Below are positions 19,374-29,088 of a DNA stretch of 64,000 nucleotides, one piece after another. The stretch comes from a virus: IMG/VR virus record IMGVR_UViG_3300047552_000481, positions 15,081-79,080 of that record; one strand, 5' to 3'. A model generated the notes under the pieces. It did no database searches. It was given only the letters and a program-made list of their open reading frames with translations, and was not told the DNA's origin. The position numbers and the translations under genes were made by a program. Numbering within the stretch: position 1 is the stretch's first letter; the number at the start of each line of letters is the position of its first letter.

Positions 19374-20417
19374 ATGGGTAACTTATTAGATAAAATAATG
19401 AAAGCTGGTACAATAAAACACGCTGAAATTTTGTCAGAATCTTCTTTCTTTAATACTAAAGATGTAATTAAAACTAATTTGCCAATATTAAATTTGGCGT
19501 TTTCAGGTAATCTTGATGGTGGAATTGTTCCAGGTATAACCGTATTTGCTGGAATATCAAAATCATTTAAAACCTTATTAGGTTTATACTGTATGAAAGC
19601 CTATTTTGATAAGTATCCAGATGCAATTGCACTAGTTTATGATTCTGAATTTGGAATTACTCCTGAATATTTGGTATCAAATGAAATTGATACCAACAGA
19701 GTAATCCATATTCCAGTAGAACACGTTGAACAACTAAAATTTGACATTGTTAAAAGATTGGAACAAATTTCTCGTGGTGATAAAGTTTTTATTTTAATAG
19801 ATTCTTTGGGGGCAGTACCATCTAAAAAGGAATTGGATGATGCCATAGACGAAAAATCTGTAGCAGATTTAAGTAGAGCAAAATCGATCCGCAGCCTAAT
19901 TCGTATTATTACGCCCCATATCACCATGAAAGATATTCCATTGATTATTGTTAATCACGTTTATCAATCAATGGAATTATACTCTAAACCTGTTGTTGGA
20001 GGAGGAACATCAGTTATTTATGCTGCTAATCAGGTGTTTATTATAACAAAGGCACAAGAAAAGGACGGCACCGAATTAACGGGATTTAATTTTACAATTA
20101 ACATAGAAAAGTCTCGCTTTGTAAAAGAAAAATCAAAATTTCCGTTTTTAGTTTCATTCGAATCTGGCATTTCAAAATGGTCTGGTTTGATGGATATCGC
20201 ATTAGAATTGAATTTTTGCACCAAACCGGTGCAAGGGTGGTATTCTAGAGTTAACGTCAAGACTGGAGAAATTGAAGAAAAAAGATATCGTTTAAAAGAC
20301 ACCAATAATTCTGAATTCTGGACACCCATTTTAAATTCCCAAGAATTCAAAGATGCTGTCTATAATAAATATGCTCTTTCAGCACACAAATTAATGGAGG
20401 TAGAAAATGACGTATGA
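19374..20417 (+). CDS. uvsX: RecA-like recombinase UvsX
   Basis: SKSFKT, YDSEFG, IDSLG, NHVY, GGG, KSRFVKEK. Confidence 0.96.
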   Translation: MGNLLDKIMKAGTIKHAEILSESSFFNTKDVIKTNLPILNLAFSGNLDGGIVPGITVFAGISKSFKTLLGLYCMKAYFDKYPDAIALVYDSEFGITPEYLVSNEIDTNRVIHIPVEHVEQLKFDIVKRLEQISRGDKVFILIDSLGAVPSKKELDDAIDEKSVADLSRAKSIRSLIRIITPHITMKDIPLIIVNHVYQSMELYSKPVVGGGTSVIYAANQVFIITKAQEKDGTELTGFNFTINIEKSRFVKEKSKFPFLVSFESGISKWSGLMDIALELNFCTKPVQGWYSRVNVKTGEIEEKRYRLKDTNNSEFWTPILNSQEFKDAVYNKYALSAHKLMEVENDV

Positions 20418-20730
20418 AGATATTCAAGAAAATATTGATTTTAAGTTTATCGTGGACGATTCAATTGTTACAATAGAACTTTTAGATGAAAAGTATTCTG
20501 GAGTTAAATATCAGTATGGAAAGGTTGAATTTGATGAAGATGAAGAAAACGACCAATGTTATTTAAATTTCAATTATGATGTTGTCGATTCCAACGGATT
20601 AGAACTGGATAATGACGACGAATTTAAAAATTATATTGGTACTATTTTAGTCTCATGTGTATCAAAATATGCAACTGGAGTTCTGAATGAAAATAGAACA
20701 GACGATTCTAAAGAATCTAATTTACAATGA
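20407..20730 (+). CDS. Probable gp40-like head vertex assembly chaperone
   Basis: Acidic small gene between uvsX and 41; KYQYGKV..LNFNY..F...IG.IL. Confidence 0.65.
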   Translation: MTYEDIQENIDFKFIVDDSIVTIELLDEKYSGVKYQYGKVEFDEDEENDQCYLNFNYDVVDSNGLELDNDDEFKNYIGTILVSCVSKYATGVLNENRTDDSKESNLQ

Positions 20731-22066
20731 AGAATATGTTAAAAAGGTTCTCCCATTCCTTAAAGATGAATACTTTTTAGACAATACTGAAAAATTATTA
20801 TTTACAAACATTATTGACTTTATAACAGCATATAACACAACACCAACATATGAAACGATCCTAATTCAGTTAAATGATTCCAATATCACAGAAAATGAAT
20901 ATGAACATTCAATTGAATTATTAAATGCCATCAATGAATCGAAAAACGAAGAAGTAAAGATAGATTGGCTTATTACCAAAACAGAAGATTTCTGTAAAAA
21001 CCAAGCCATCTATAATGCTATTAAAGAATCCATTCATATCATTGATGGTAAATCTAAAACATTAGAAAAAGGAGCAATACCTAAAATTTTATCAGATGCA
21101 TTATCAATAAGTTTTGATACTAATATCGGTCACGATTTCATTGAGAATTGGGAAGATCGATATGAGTATTATCATAGACAAGAAGAAAAGATCCCATTCG
21201 ATCTCTCCTTCTTTAATAAAATAACTAAAAATGGATTCGGTCGCAAAAGTTTAAACCTGTTTATCGGTGCACCACATTCTGGTAAAACACTTTTCGGAAT
21301 CCATTTTACGGCAAATTATTTGGTAAGAGGAAAAAACGTTCTGTATATTACTCTAGAAATGTCTGAAGAAGAAATTGCCAAAAGAATTGATGCAAACATT
21401 TCTAATATGACAATTGATGAAATCGAAAATCTCGATAAAACGCCATTCGAAAAGTATATCCAGAAACTAAAAATCAAGACTGTTGGGAAATTAATTATTA
21501 AACAATTTCCAACTGGTCAAGGTCATGTTGGACATTTCAATGCTTTGATAAATGAATTACGATTGAAAAAGAATTTTGTGGCAGATGTTATTGTTGTTGA
21601 TTATCTAGGTATTTGTGCATCTATAAGATATAAAAGTGCCACAAATGTGAACTCGTATAATTATGTTAAAGCAATCTCAGAAGAATTGCGCGGTCTAGCA
21701 ATTGAACATGATGTTCCATTAATTTCTATGGGACAATTAAATCGGTCTGGTGCTGGTAATTCTGATCCAGAAATGGGAGACGTATCAGAATCTTTTGGCT
21801 TAAACTTTACCGGAGATAGCATTTTTGGTATTATTAGATCTAATGAATTGAAAGAGTTGGGCCAGGTATTAGTTAAGCAATTTAAGAATAGATACCGAGA
21901 TATGAGTCTTAATAATAAGTTTTTGTTAGGAGTAGACACATCGCGCATGAAACTTTATGATTTGGAAACATCTGCTCAAAATGAAATAGTACAGGATATT
22001 GAGTATAAACCGACGGAACCAAAAAATAAGTTTAACACCAATTTTGATGATTTTAAGTTTGAATAA
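20687..22066 (+). CDS. 41: Replicative helicase gp41
   Basis: GAPHSGKT, YITLEM, VVDYL, QLNR, SESFG, KNRY. Confidence 0.96.
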   Translation: MKIEQTILKNLIYNEEYVKKVLPFLKDEYFLDNTEKLLFTNIIDFITAYNTTPTYETILIQLNDSNITENEYEHSIELLNAINESKNEEVKIDWLITKTEDFCKNQAIYNAIKESIHIIDGKSKTLEKGAIPKILSDALSISFDTNIGHDFIENWEDRYEYYHRQEEKIPFDLSFFNKITKNGFGRKSLNLFIGAPHSGKTLFGIHFTANYLVRGKNVLYITLEMSEEEIAKRIDANISNMTIDEIENLDKTPFEKYIQKLKIKTVGKLIIKQFPTGQGHVGHFNALINELRLKKNFVADVIVVDYLGICASIRYKSATNVNSYNYVKAISEELRGLAIEHDVPLISMGQLNRSGAGNSDPEMGDVSESFGLNFTGDSIFGIIRSNELKELGQVLVKQFKNRYRDMSLNNKFLLGVDTSRMKLYDLETSAQNEIVQDIEYKPTEPKNKFNTNFDDFKFE

Positions 22067-23179
22067 TGAAAAAATTAAGTTTAGAGGATTTTAATAATAG
22101 ATTAAAAGAGAAAGGTATAAAATATACGTGTTTAGTATATTATAATACTCGTGAAATTACAGAATTTTCCTGTCCAGAACTGGATCATCCTAATTTTTAT
22201 GCTAGACCAGATGATATTTTATATGAAAAGAAGAAGTGTCCATGCTGCACAGGCAAAATTACAAAACACACTTTGGAATCTTTTAATATTAAATTAGAAG
22301 AAGTTGGAATAAAATATCGATGTGTGGATTATGTTGCTGCAAAAAAATTATCATCGTTTGCTTGTCCAGAATCATGTCATCCTAATTTTTATGCATATCC
22401 TGATGATATATTTAGAGGAAAAAAGAGTTGCCCATGTTGTACAAGTGATAGAGAATCTTGGATGAATTTTAGATTAAAATCTAAAAATATAGCATACACT
22501 TGTGAAACATATAATGGGTCTGATAAAAAGTCCGAATTTTCCTGTCCAGAACCAGATCATCCTAATTTTTGGTGTGATCCAGATGATGTTTTTAAAGAGT
22601 TGAGAGGGTGTCCAATTTGTACTAATTATGTTGAGCGTAATAATTGGGATACCGAATCATATGATAAATTATTATTGAGTAAAAATATTGTTGCATATGG
22701 GTTTGTTGGGAGTAATATAAAAATTAAACACGAGTGTCTTGTGTGTGAATATGGAAAAGATGGTGAGTGGTACACAAAACCGATATACCTTATATATCAT
22801 GATTCTGGTTGTCCAAATTGTGCAGACTATACATTTGATTTGAATAAAAATGCAATATTATATTACATCAAAATATATCATAATGATAACATACTTTATA
22901 AAATTGGAATAACAACGAGAACAATAAAGAAGCGGTTGGTTGGAGAACGTATAAAATATGATGTTTTATTTTCAAAAAAATATGAAATTGGTAGAGATGC
23001 CAAACGTGTTGAAACTTTAATTTTGGAAAAATATAATCATCACAAATATGACGGAGATAAAATATTAAGATATACTGGAAATACTGAAATTTTTATATGT
23101 GATATTTTTGGCGGCACTTATGATTTGACTGAGCTTGAAGAATGTGATATAATGGGTGTTGATGATTTTAAGTTTGAAT
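22044..23179 (+). repeat. 21-bp direct repeat TTGATGATTTTAAGTTTGAAT at 22044-22064 and 23159-23179
   Basis: Exact match; gp41 and the endonuclease both end DDFKFE*. Confidence 0.92.
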
Positions 23180-23181
23180 GA
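22066..23181 (+). CDS. Zinc-ribbon-repeat putative homing endonuclease (C-terminal GIY-YIG/T5orf172-like domain)
   Basis: Three F.CPE..HPNF...PDD..CP.C repeats, then LYYIK..YKIGIT..R..E..GNTEIF. Confidence 0.8.
   Translation: MKKLSLEDFNNRLKEKGIKYTCLVYYNTREITEFSCPELDHPNFYARPDDILYEKKKCPCCTGKITKHTLESFNIKLEEVGIKYRCVDYVAAKKLSSFACPESCHPNFYAYPDDIFRGKKSCPCCTSDRESWMNFRLKSKNIAYTCETYNGSDKKSEFSCPEPDHPNFWCDPDDVFKELRGCPICTNYVERNNWDTESYDKLLLSKNIVAYGFVGSNIKIKHECLVCEYGKDGEWYTKPIYLIYHDSGCPNCADYTFDLNKNAILYYIKIYHNDNILYKIGITTRTIKKRLVGERIKYDVLFSKKYEIGRDAKRVETLILEKYNHHKYDGDKILRYTGNTEIFICDIFGGTYDLTELEECDIMGVDDFKFE
23125..23153 (+). promoter_or_regulatory. Sigma70-type promoter inside 3' end of endonuclease gene
   Basis: TTGACT-17-TATAAT, extended -10. 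Confidence 0.8.
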
Positions 23182-23188
23182 GGGAATT

Positions 23189-23353
23189 ATGAAATACTGT
23201 AAAGATTGTAAGCATTATGATATAGATTATTGTTATCGAGATTGGGATGAAAAGGAGGTTAGATATTTGTGTAAGTATGAACGATATAATGATAATAAAA
23301 TCGCATGTGGAAGAGATGCTAAATATTTTGAACCATATAAGGAAGAAAACTGA
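23189..23353 (+). CDS. Small Cys-rich protein, paralog 1
   Basis: KYCKDCK..CYR..C..ERY..CGRDAKYFEP. Confidence 0.7.
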   Translation: MKYCKDCKHYDIDYCYRDWDEKEVRYLCKYERYNDNKIACGRDAKYFEPYKEEN

Positions 23354-23395
23354 TGTAAATAACATCTAATTGTGTTTAATCTGGGGGGGCCGGAA

Positions 23396-23626
23396 ATGAG
23401 CAAATATTGTAAAGATTGTAAATATTCGAAAAATTGTGGTGATCAATTATATTTTTGTTATAGAAAAGATGAAAAGGAAATTAATCTTGTGACTGGAACC
23501 ATAATGGTCAAAGTTGTATCTTGTCGTGATGAAAGGTATAGTAAAGATAAATTATCATGTGGTGCAGATGCAAAATTTTTCGAACCAAAGGTTGAACTGA
23601 AGGTTGAAATAAAGGTAAAGAAATGA
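23396..23626 (+). CDS. Small Cys-rich protein, paralog 2
   Basis: KYCKDCK..CYR..C..ERY..CGADAKFFEP. Confidence 0.7.
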   Translation: MSKYCKDCKYSKNCGDQLYFCYRKDEKEINLVTGTIMVKVVSCRDERYSKDKLSCGADAKFFEPKVELKVEIKVKK

Positions 23627-24111
23627 ATTATAATGATATACCACAAAGAATTAAGAGCTATTATAAGGTTGATTCTGATTGGGAATATTTCCAAGATTGG
23701 CTAACGAAACATGGTGTGATATTAAATCCAGATTTCCAGCGGGGTGTAGTTTGGGATGAGAATAAGCAAATAAAATATATTGAATACGTTTTATCTGGTG
23801 GAGAATCTGGCAGAGATATTTATTTTAATCATCCCGGTTGGATGTCTTCATTTGAAGGTGAAATGGTTTGTGTTGATGGATTACAACGAATTACTGCGGT
23901 TCAAAGATTTTTAAATAATGAAATTCCAGCATATAATACGTTTCATAAAGATTTTGAAGGGAGAACAAACAATAAACAATTTGTTATTTTTGTTGGTAAA
24001 TTGCAAACAAAAAAGGATGTTTTGAAATGGTATTTGGAAATGAATGAGGGAAGAACCGCCCATACTGAGGAAGATTTGAATAAAGTTAGAAATATGTTAA
24101 ATTCAATATAG
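23623..24111 (+). CDS. Stand-alone DUF262 (ParB/GmrS-like) domain protein
   Basis: PDFQRGVVW and VDGLQRITA motifs, MNEG. Confidence 0.85.
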   Translation: MNYNDIPQRIKSYYKVDSDWEYFQDWLTKHGVILNPDFQRGVVWDENKQIKYIEYVLSGGESGRDIYFNHPGWMSSFEGEMVCVDGLQRITAVQRFLNNEIPAYNTFHKDFEGRTNNKQFVIFVGKLQTKKDVLKWYLEMNEGRTAHTEEDLNKVRNMLNSI

Positions 24112-24119
24112 GAAAAATT

Positions 24120-24875
24120 ATGTCAGAATTAGTAACTATTGTAACAGCAACTACTGCAACAGATTATTTAAAGAGAAATATTGAATCTGTTCAGAAGCAA
24201 ACATACACAAATTTTCAACATTTAATTTTTATTGATGGGATTATTGGTGGTCCAAAGAACTTATCAAGAGTTCAAGAAATGATTTCGAATATGGCATTAA
24301 AAAATGTAGATTTTATTCCTCTTCCATATTCAGTAGGTCATTCAGGGTGGAATGGTCATAGAATGTATATGGCAGCATTAGCCCTGGCATCCGATAAAGC
24401 AGAATATATTTGTTTTCTAGATGAAGATAACTACATTGATGAAGATCATATTGAATCATTATATAAAGTAATAAAGAACGGTAATGAATATGCATTTTCA
24501 CTGAGAAAAATTGTTGATAAGGATGGAAACTTCGTTGTAAATGATGATTGTGAAAGTCTAGGATTATGGCATAGTATTTTACATCCAGAAGATTATTTTA
24601 TTGATTTGAATTGTTTCTTTCTCAAGAGATTATTAGCAAATCAATTGGCACCAATATTTTATAGGAAAGCGCGTGATCCTAATATGCAACCAGAAATTGA
24701 TCGAGCTTTATCACAAGTGTTGAGACAGAATAATCTCAAATATGATACTAATTATAAGTATACACTAAATTATACAGCAGGAAATACACAGAAGTCGGTA
24801 CAGAAAGAATTTTTCCTAAATGGAAATCAACAGATGTTGGTGAAATATAATGGATCATTACCATGGGTAAAATAA
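24120..24875 (+). CDS. Glycosyltransferase family 2
   Basis: VTIVT..IESVQKQTY..IFIDG..CFLDEDN. Confidence 0.85.
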   Translation: MSELVTIVTATTATDYLKRNIESVQKQTYTNFQHLIFIDGIIGGPKNLSRVQEMISNMALKNVDFIPLPYSVGHSGWNGHRMYMAALALASDKAEYICFLDEDNYIDEDHIESLYKVIKNGNEYAFSLRKIVDKDGNFVVNDDCESLGLWHSILHPEDYFIDLNCFFLKRLLANQLAPIFYRKARDPNMQPEIDRALSQVLRQNNLKYDTNYKYTLNYTAGNTQKSVQKEFFLNGNQQMLVKYNGSLPWVK

Positions 24876-25193
24876 ATGAATATTGTAAGTTATAAAATTG
24901 CATATAAATTATTAAATAAAAGAAAGGATAATTCGTTGGGACCATTATTTATTAATAAGAAACAACGGATACCAATTGGAATTTTATTAAAGGCAGAACC
25001 ACACAAAACGAAAGGATTTGCATTTAGACCGGGCTGGCATTGCACATCAAATCCTATTGCTCCTCATTTAAAAATGAATAATAGAGTTTGGACTAAAGTT
25101 ATAATCTCAGATTTTGAAGAAATTAAACGACCACAAAATCAAGGAGGAATTTGGTACATTGCTAATTACATGCAAATATTAGAAATTTTATAA
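24876..25193 (+). CDS. Hypothetical phage protein
   Basis: GFAFRPGWH, QGGIWY motifs. Confidence 0.65.
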   Translation: MNIVSYKIAYKLLNKRKDNSLGPLFINKKQRIPIGILLKAEPHKTKGFAFRPGWHCTSNPIAPHLKMNNRVWTKVIISDFEEIKRPQNQGGIWYIANYMQILEIL

Positions 25194-25380
25194 GGAAGTT
25201 AAATGGACACGATTCCGCTCAAATGTTTAATTTGTATAGAAGAGATATTGAATATTAGATATAATACGAGTTTGGAAGATAGTATCAAAAGACAATATTT
25301 TGCCTCGGAGCATTTTCGAATGATATTTGAAATAGCTTTGAAAGAAGCTTGTAAGAAAATTTATGAAGTGGTACCAAAAG

Positions 25381-25725
25381 ATGATTATAGTATCTGAAGA
25401 TGAATTCGTTAAGAATTTAAAATTAAAATTGAAAGGTGTTTCAGTAAAATCTGTTACAGGACCGGGGAGAAGTGGTGCCGTCGCATCTGTATTTTCATCA
25501 CATATTCTGAGGATTCCTTTCATTCCATACGGGCAAACATGTCCTGATAATTTACGACCACTATTGGTTGTTGATACCGCTAAACAATCTGGTGTAACAT
25601 TAAGGAAAGCACAAAAGAAATATGGTCCAAATTCTGTTGTCATAAATATTTACGACGAACCTCCACGGGTTAAATTCTGGTACGAATTTTTGGGTGAACA
25701 ATATGAAAGTAGCAATTCTCAATAA
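25381..25725 (+). CDS. Small phosphoribosyltransferase-like protein
   Basis: GPGRSG and LLVVDTAKQSGVTL resembling a PRPP-binding loop. Confidence 0.55.
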   Translation: MIIVSEDEFVKNLKLKLKGVSVKSVTGPGRSGAVASVFSSHILRIPFIPYGQTCPDNLRPLLVVDTAKQSGVTLRKAQKKYGPNSVVINIYDEPPRVKFWYEFLGEQYESSNSQ

Positions 25726-26635
25726 CTGGTGTAATGACGAACAATTCTTCATTTACAAACTTCTCAAACAACTATTCCCCGTTGAATTAACGAATGATCC
25801 AATCAATTGTGACATTCTAATTCATTCTGTATTTGGGTTTGATGAATCCTATAAACACACAAAAGCAAAATTTAAAATCTTAACCTCTTGGGAAACCAGA
25901 TTTTACATTGATATATTCAATGAACGTCTCCCATATTCTGATATAGTAATTTCATATCACCCAACTAAAAATAATTTCTATAGATTACCACTTTGGTATC
26001 AATGGATCGATTGGTGGAATGAAAATTCATCTGATCAAGTGACAACGGTTTGTGGTCAATCACATCATTATATTGGTGGAAATACTCTTCCGAATCATCT
26101 TGTCCCAACACCCTTAAATATAAGGAAAAATATTTATACTGCTCCCTCGGTCAGAAAAAGACCAAACTTTTGTGCGATGTTAGTTGGTAACATGGAACCA
26201 GAATGTGTTGCTCCCAGACAAGAAATTTATAATGAATTATCCAAGAATATTGATGTTGTATCTGGGTTTGGTCTAGCATTTCAAAACAGATTTGAAGGAA
26301 ATAAGATTGAATTATTAACCAGATTCAAAGCAAACTGCTGTTATGAAAATTCTATACATCGTGGGTATACGACAGAAAAAATTCTAGATGCCATATTCGC
26401 TGGATGTTTACCTATATATTCTGGTGATCCAGAATATTCTAAAATCGACTTTAACCAAAAACGATTTTTAAATAGACAAGATTATTCTTCCACAGCAGAA
26501 TTTGTTAAAGAAGTAAAATCAGTCATGGAAGATAAATTTGAATTTGATGATATAATCAATCAACCAATGTTCACAGATAACCAAATTCCAAACCTAGACG
26601 GTATATATCAATTTTTAGAGGATAAAATAAAATGA
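25703..26635 (+). CDS. Glycosyltransferase family 10 (alpha-1,3-fucosyltransferase-like)
   Basis: FKANCCYENS..GYTTEKILDA..AGCLPIYSG; RLPLW. Confidence 0.85.
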   Translation: MKVAILNNWCNDEQFFIYKLLKQLFPVELTNDPINCDILIHSVFGFDESYKHTKAKFKILTSWETRFYIDIFNERLPYSDIVISYHPTKNNFYRLPLWYQWIDWWNENSSDQVTTVCGQSHHYIGGNTLPNHLVPTPLNIRKNIYTAPSVRKRPNFCAMLVGNMEPECVAPRQEIYNELSKNIDVVSGFGLAFQNRFEGNKIELLTRFKANCCYENSIHRGYTTEKILDAIFAGCLPIYSGDPEYSKIDFNQKRFLNRQDYSSTAEFVKEVKSVMEDKFEFDDIINQPMFTDNQIPNLDGIYQFLEDKIK

Positions 26636-27609
26636 AAATTTGTTTCCATGTTAATAACTTGTCAATCAGGGGTACCACAACCGCCATTATAGATTACGGG
26701 ACATATAATGAAACGTTACTGAACAATACTTCAATTATCGCATATCACAAAAATCTATTGGATGAACTTCGTGATGAAAATTTTGTTATGCGGGAAGAAG
26801 TGGCAAAAATGTTCAAAGACAAATTTGATGTGATTGAATACACCGATAAAGGTAATCTATTAAATGAATTAAAGAAACGTGAATGTGAATATATCCATTA
26901 TCTGAAAGCCGGATTCAAAGATGATGATTTCTTGTTTGGTGTAAAGAATCTGATCCAGTGTGTATTCTCACATTTGGAGCCACACGGGCACAAATATTGT
27001 TACATTTCAGAATGGTTATCTAACGAAGCTTCTGGTGGCGAATATCCATTTGTTCCCCATATTGTTACATTACCTACAGAACAAACTGAAAATTGGCGAT
27101 TAAAATTAGGAATTCCAAATGATAAGATTGTTGTGGGTCGTCATGGTGGATTTCATCAATTCAGTATACCCTTTGTAAAAGACATTATCAATTTTGTGGC
27201 ACATTCAGATGAAAAATTTAGATTTGTTTTCGTTAATACTGAAAAATTTACAGATCATCCTAATGTTATCTTTTGTGATCCTATTATTAGTCCGCAAGAT
27301 AAGACCAATTTTATTTTAGCATCCGATGCGATGATACACGCCAGACCGGATGGTGAATCATTCGGGCTTAGTATAGCGGAAGGATTATTTCACAATAAGC
27401 CAGTTTTCACTTGTGGATTAGGAAGAGACAAAAATAACATAGAGCTTGTAAAAGGCTACGATCTGTGTTATAATAACCAGTACGAGTTGTTGGATATGAT
27501 TTTCAGGCTAAAATATGGGCATCATAAATATCAATATAATTATGCTGTGAAGGAATTTAGCCCAGAAAATGTGATGAAGAAATTTGAAGAGGTATTTTTA
27601 AATGAATAA
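26632..27609 (+). CDS. GT-B (GT4-like) glycosyltransferase
   Basis: RGTT.A..DY, GRHGG, HARPDGESFGLSIAE. Confidence 0.85.
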   Translation: MKICFHVNNLSIRGTTTAIIDYGTYNETLLNNTSIIAYHKNLLDELRDENFVMREEVAKMFKDKFDVIEYTDKGNLLNELKKRECEYIHYLKAGFKDDDFLFGVKNLIQCVFSHLEPHGHKYCYISEWLSNEASGGEYPFVPHIVTLPTEQTENWRLKLGIPNDKIVVGRHGGFHQFSIPFVKDIINFVAHSDEKFRFVFVNTEKFTDHPNVIFCDPIISPQDKTNFILASDAMIHARPDGESFGLSIAEGLFHNKPVFTCGLGRDKNNIELVKGYDLCYNNQYELLDMIFRLKYGHHKYQYNYAVKEFSPENVMKKFEEVFLNE

Positions 27610-28336
27610 AGATTATGATATTTACGTAATGCATTATACTCCGCATGAGTCTAGACGAAAACTCATGTATAATATTTTACAGAAAGAAAACTGTGATAAA
27701 GAAGTGATTTTCATTGAATCTTATGATGGCGAAGAAGTTACTTATGAAGATTACTTAAAGCATTTCAAAGCAGATACATTAGAATGGCAGAATCGCGGTT
27801 ATAAAAAATTTTGGCCACATTACCCATTAAAGAAACAAGAAGTATCGTTAGCCTTAAAACATGTTACTGCTATGCGGATATTTTTGGAATCGGATAAGGA
27901 TATTGCATTATTTCTAGAAGATGATGCAATTCTGGATGAAGGGTTCTTTACTAAATTAGATAAGCATCTTGATACATTAAATACTTATTTTGATGTGGCA
28001 TTTATTGGTCGGGGGTGTAAACCAAGTATAAGTAATGTAGAAGGTTGGCATTTTAACCTGGAAGATAGAAATACTGATTCAATGATAATGAGTCGAAAAT
28101 TTGTAACTAAATTTTTAGACTATGTTGACACAATTCGCATGTGTTTTCCCATTGATCACGAGTTGAATTATTTTATTGGGTATTGTAGATGTAATGTTTA
28201 TTGGTTAGAACCACCAATTGTAACACAAGGAAGTCATCTTGGAATTTTTGATTCGTTTCAAGATGCACATTCTAAATTTAATGATAAAACATTACCAGTT
28301 CGATCTGATCTAAATGAATTGATGGAGCAAATATGA
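27602..28336 (+). CDS. Glycosyltransferase family 25-like
   Basis: RR..M, SLALKH, FLEDDA, PIDHEL, VTQGS. Confidence 0.8.
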   Translation: MNKDYDIYVMHYTPHESRRKLMYNILQKENCDKEVIFIESYDGEEVTYEDYLKHFKADTLEWQNRGYKKFWPHYPLKKQEVSLALKHVTAMRIFLESDKDIALFLEDDAILDEGFFTKLDKHLDTLNTYFDVAFIGRGCKPSISNVEGWHFNLEDRNTDSMIMSRKFVTKFLDYVDTIRMCFPIDHELNYFIGYCRCNVYWLEPPIVTQGSHLGIFDSFQDAHSKFNDKTLPVRSDLNELMEQI

Positions 28337-29079
28337 AATATGCAATTTGTTATCGAGGTATCTCGTTTATTGAGAATTATTCTCATAAAGATGATATTCC
28401 TTCATACACGATAGATTTCGCTAATACAATTCCATTCAACAGGAAATATTTAATTGATCCTTTATTGGAACGTGGGGATGAAGTAGATATCTTTTTCAAC
28501 ACATATGATTCAGAGAAATTTGATTATTTTGAAAAAGAAATGAATCCTGTTGCGGTTAGAACAAGTGTATTTGACAATAATATCAAATATTGTAATTGGC
28601 CTAACATCTGGCAAATTTCAATTGATACTATGGAAATGGTTGATAGTCATCAAAAAGTATCAGGAAAGTGGTATGATTATATCATTTTGTTTAGATATGA
28701 TCTAATCCCATATATGGATTTTTCAAAGATCTTTATTCCAATGGATGCTGTTTCGTGTCCAAGTCCACAAGATGATATGTTTACTGTTATCCCTGGCTAT
28801 CTACTAAGTGATGTATTACATTTATTCAAAGAGTTCAAGTATTCTGGCATGATACATAATTATACAGCCATATTAAGTCATTTTGGAATTAAATGTCATA
28901 CCATGTTTACGAAAGATTTTGACAGAGATTCATATCCATTTTTTAGGAATACTAGACATATCTTTGTTCCAGAAGATCATCCATATTATGAACACAAAAT
29001 TGAAGACATTTTTGATCCTAACCATAAAAAATATGGACTGAAATATGAGGCACACGATAAATTCGTCTCTTGTGTATAA
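28333..29079 (+). CDS. Putative glycosyltransferase (paralog of 32050 and 33419)
   Basis: K.AI...G, D.F..TY, YD.II..R.DL, DD.F. Confidence 0.55.
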   Translation: MKYAICYRGISFIENYSHKDDIPSYTIDFANTIPFNRKYLIDPLLERGDEVDIFFNTYDSEKFDYFEKEMNPVAVRTSVFDNNIKYCNWPNIWQISIDTMEMVDSHQKVSGKWYDYIILFRYDLIPYMDFSKIFIPMDAVSCPSPQDDMFTVIPGYLLSDVLHLFKEFKYSGMIHNYTAILSHFGIKCHTMFTKDFDRDSYPFFRNTRHIFVPEDHPYYEHKIEDIFDPNHKKYGLKYEAHDKFVSCV

Positions 29080-29088
29080 GGAGAACAT

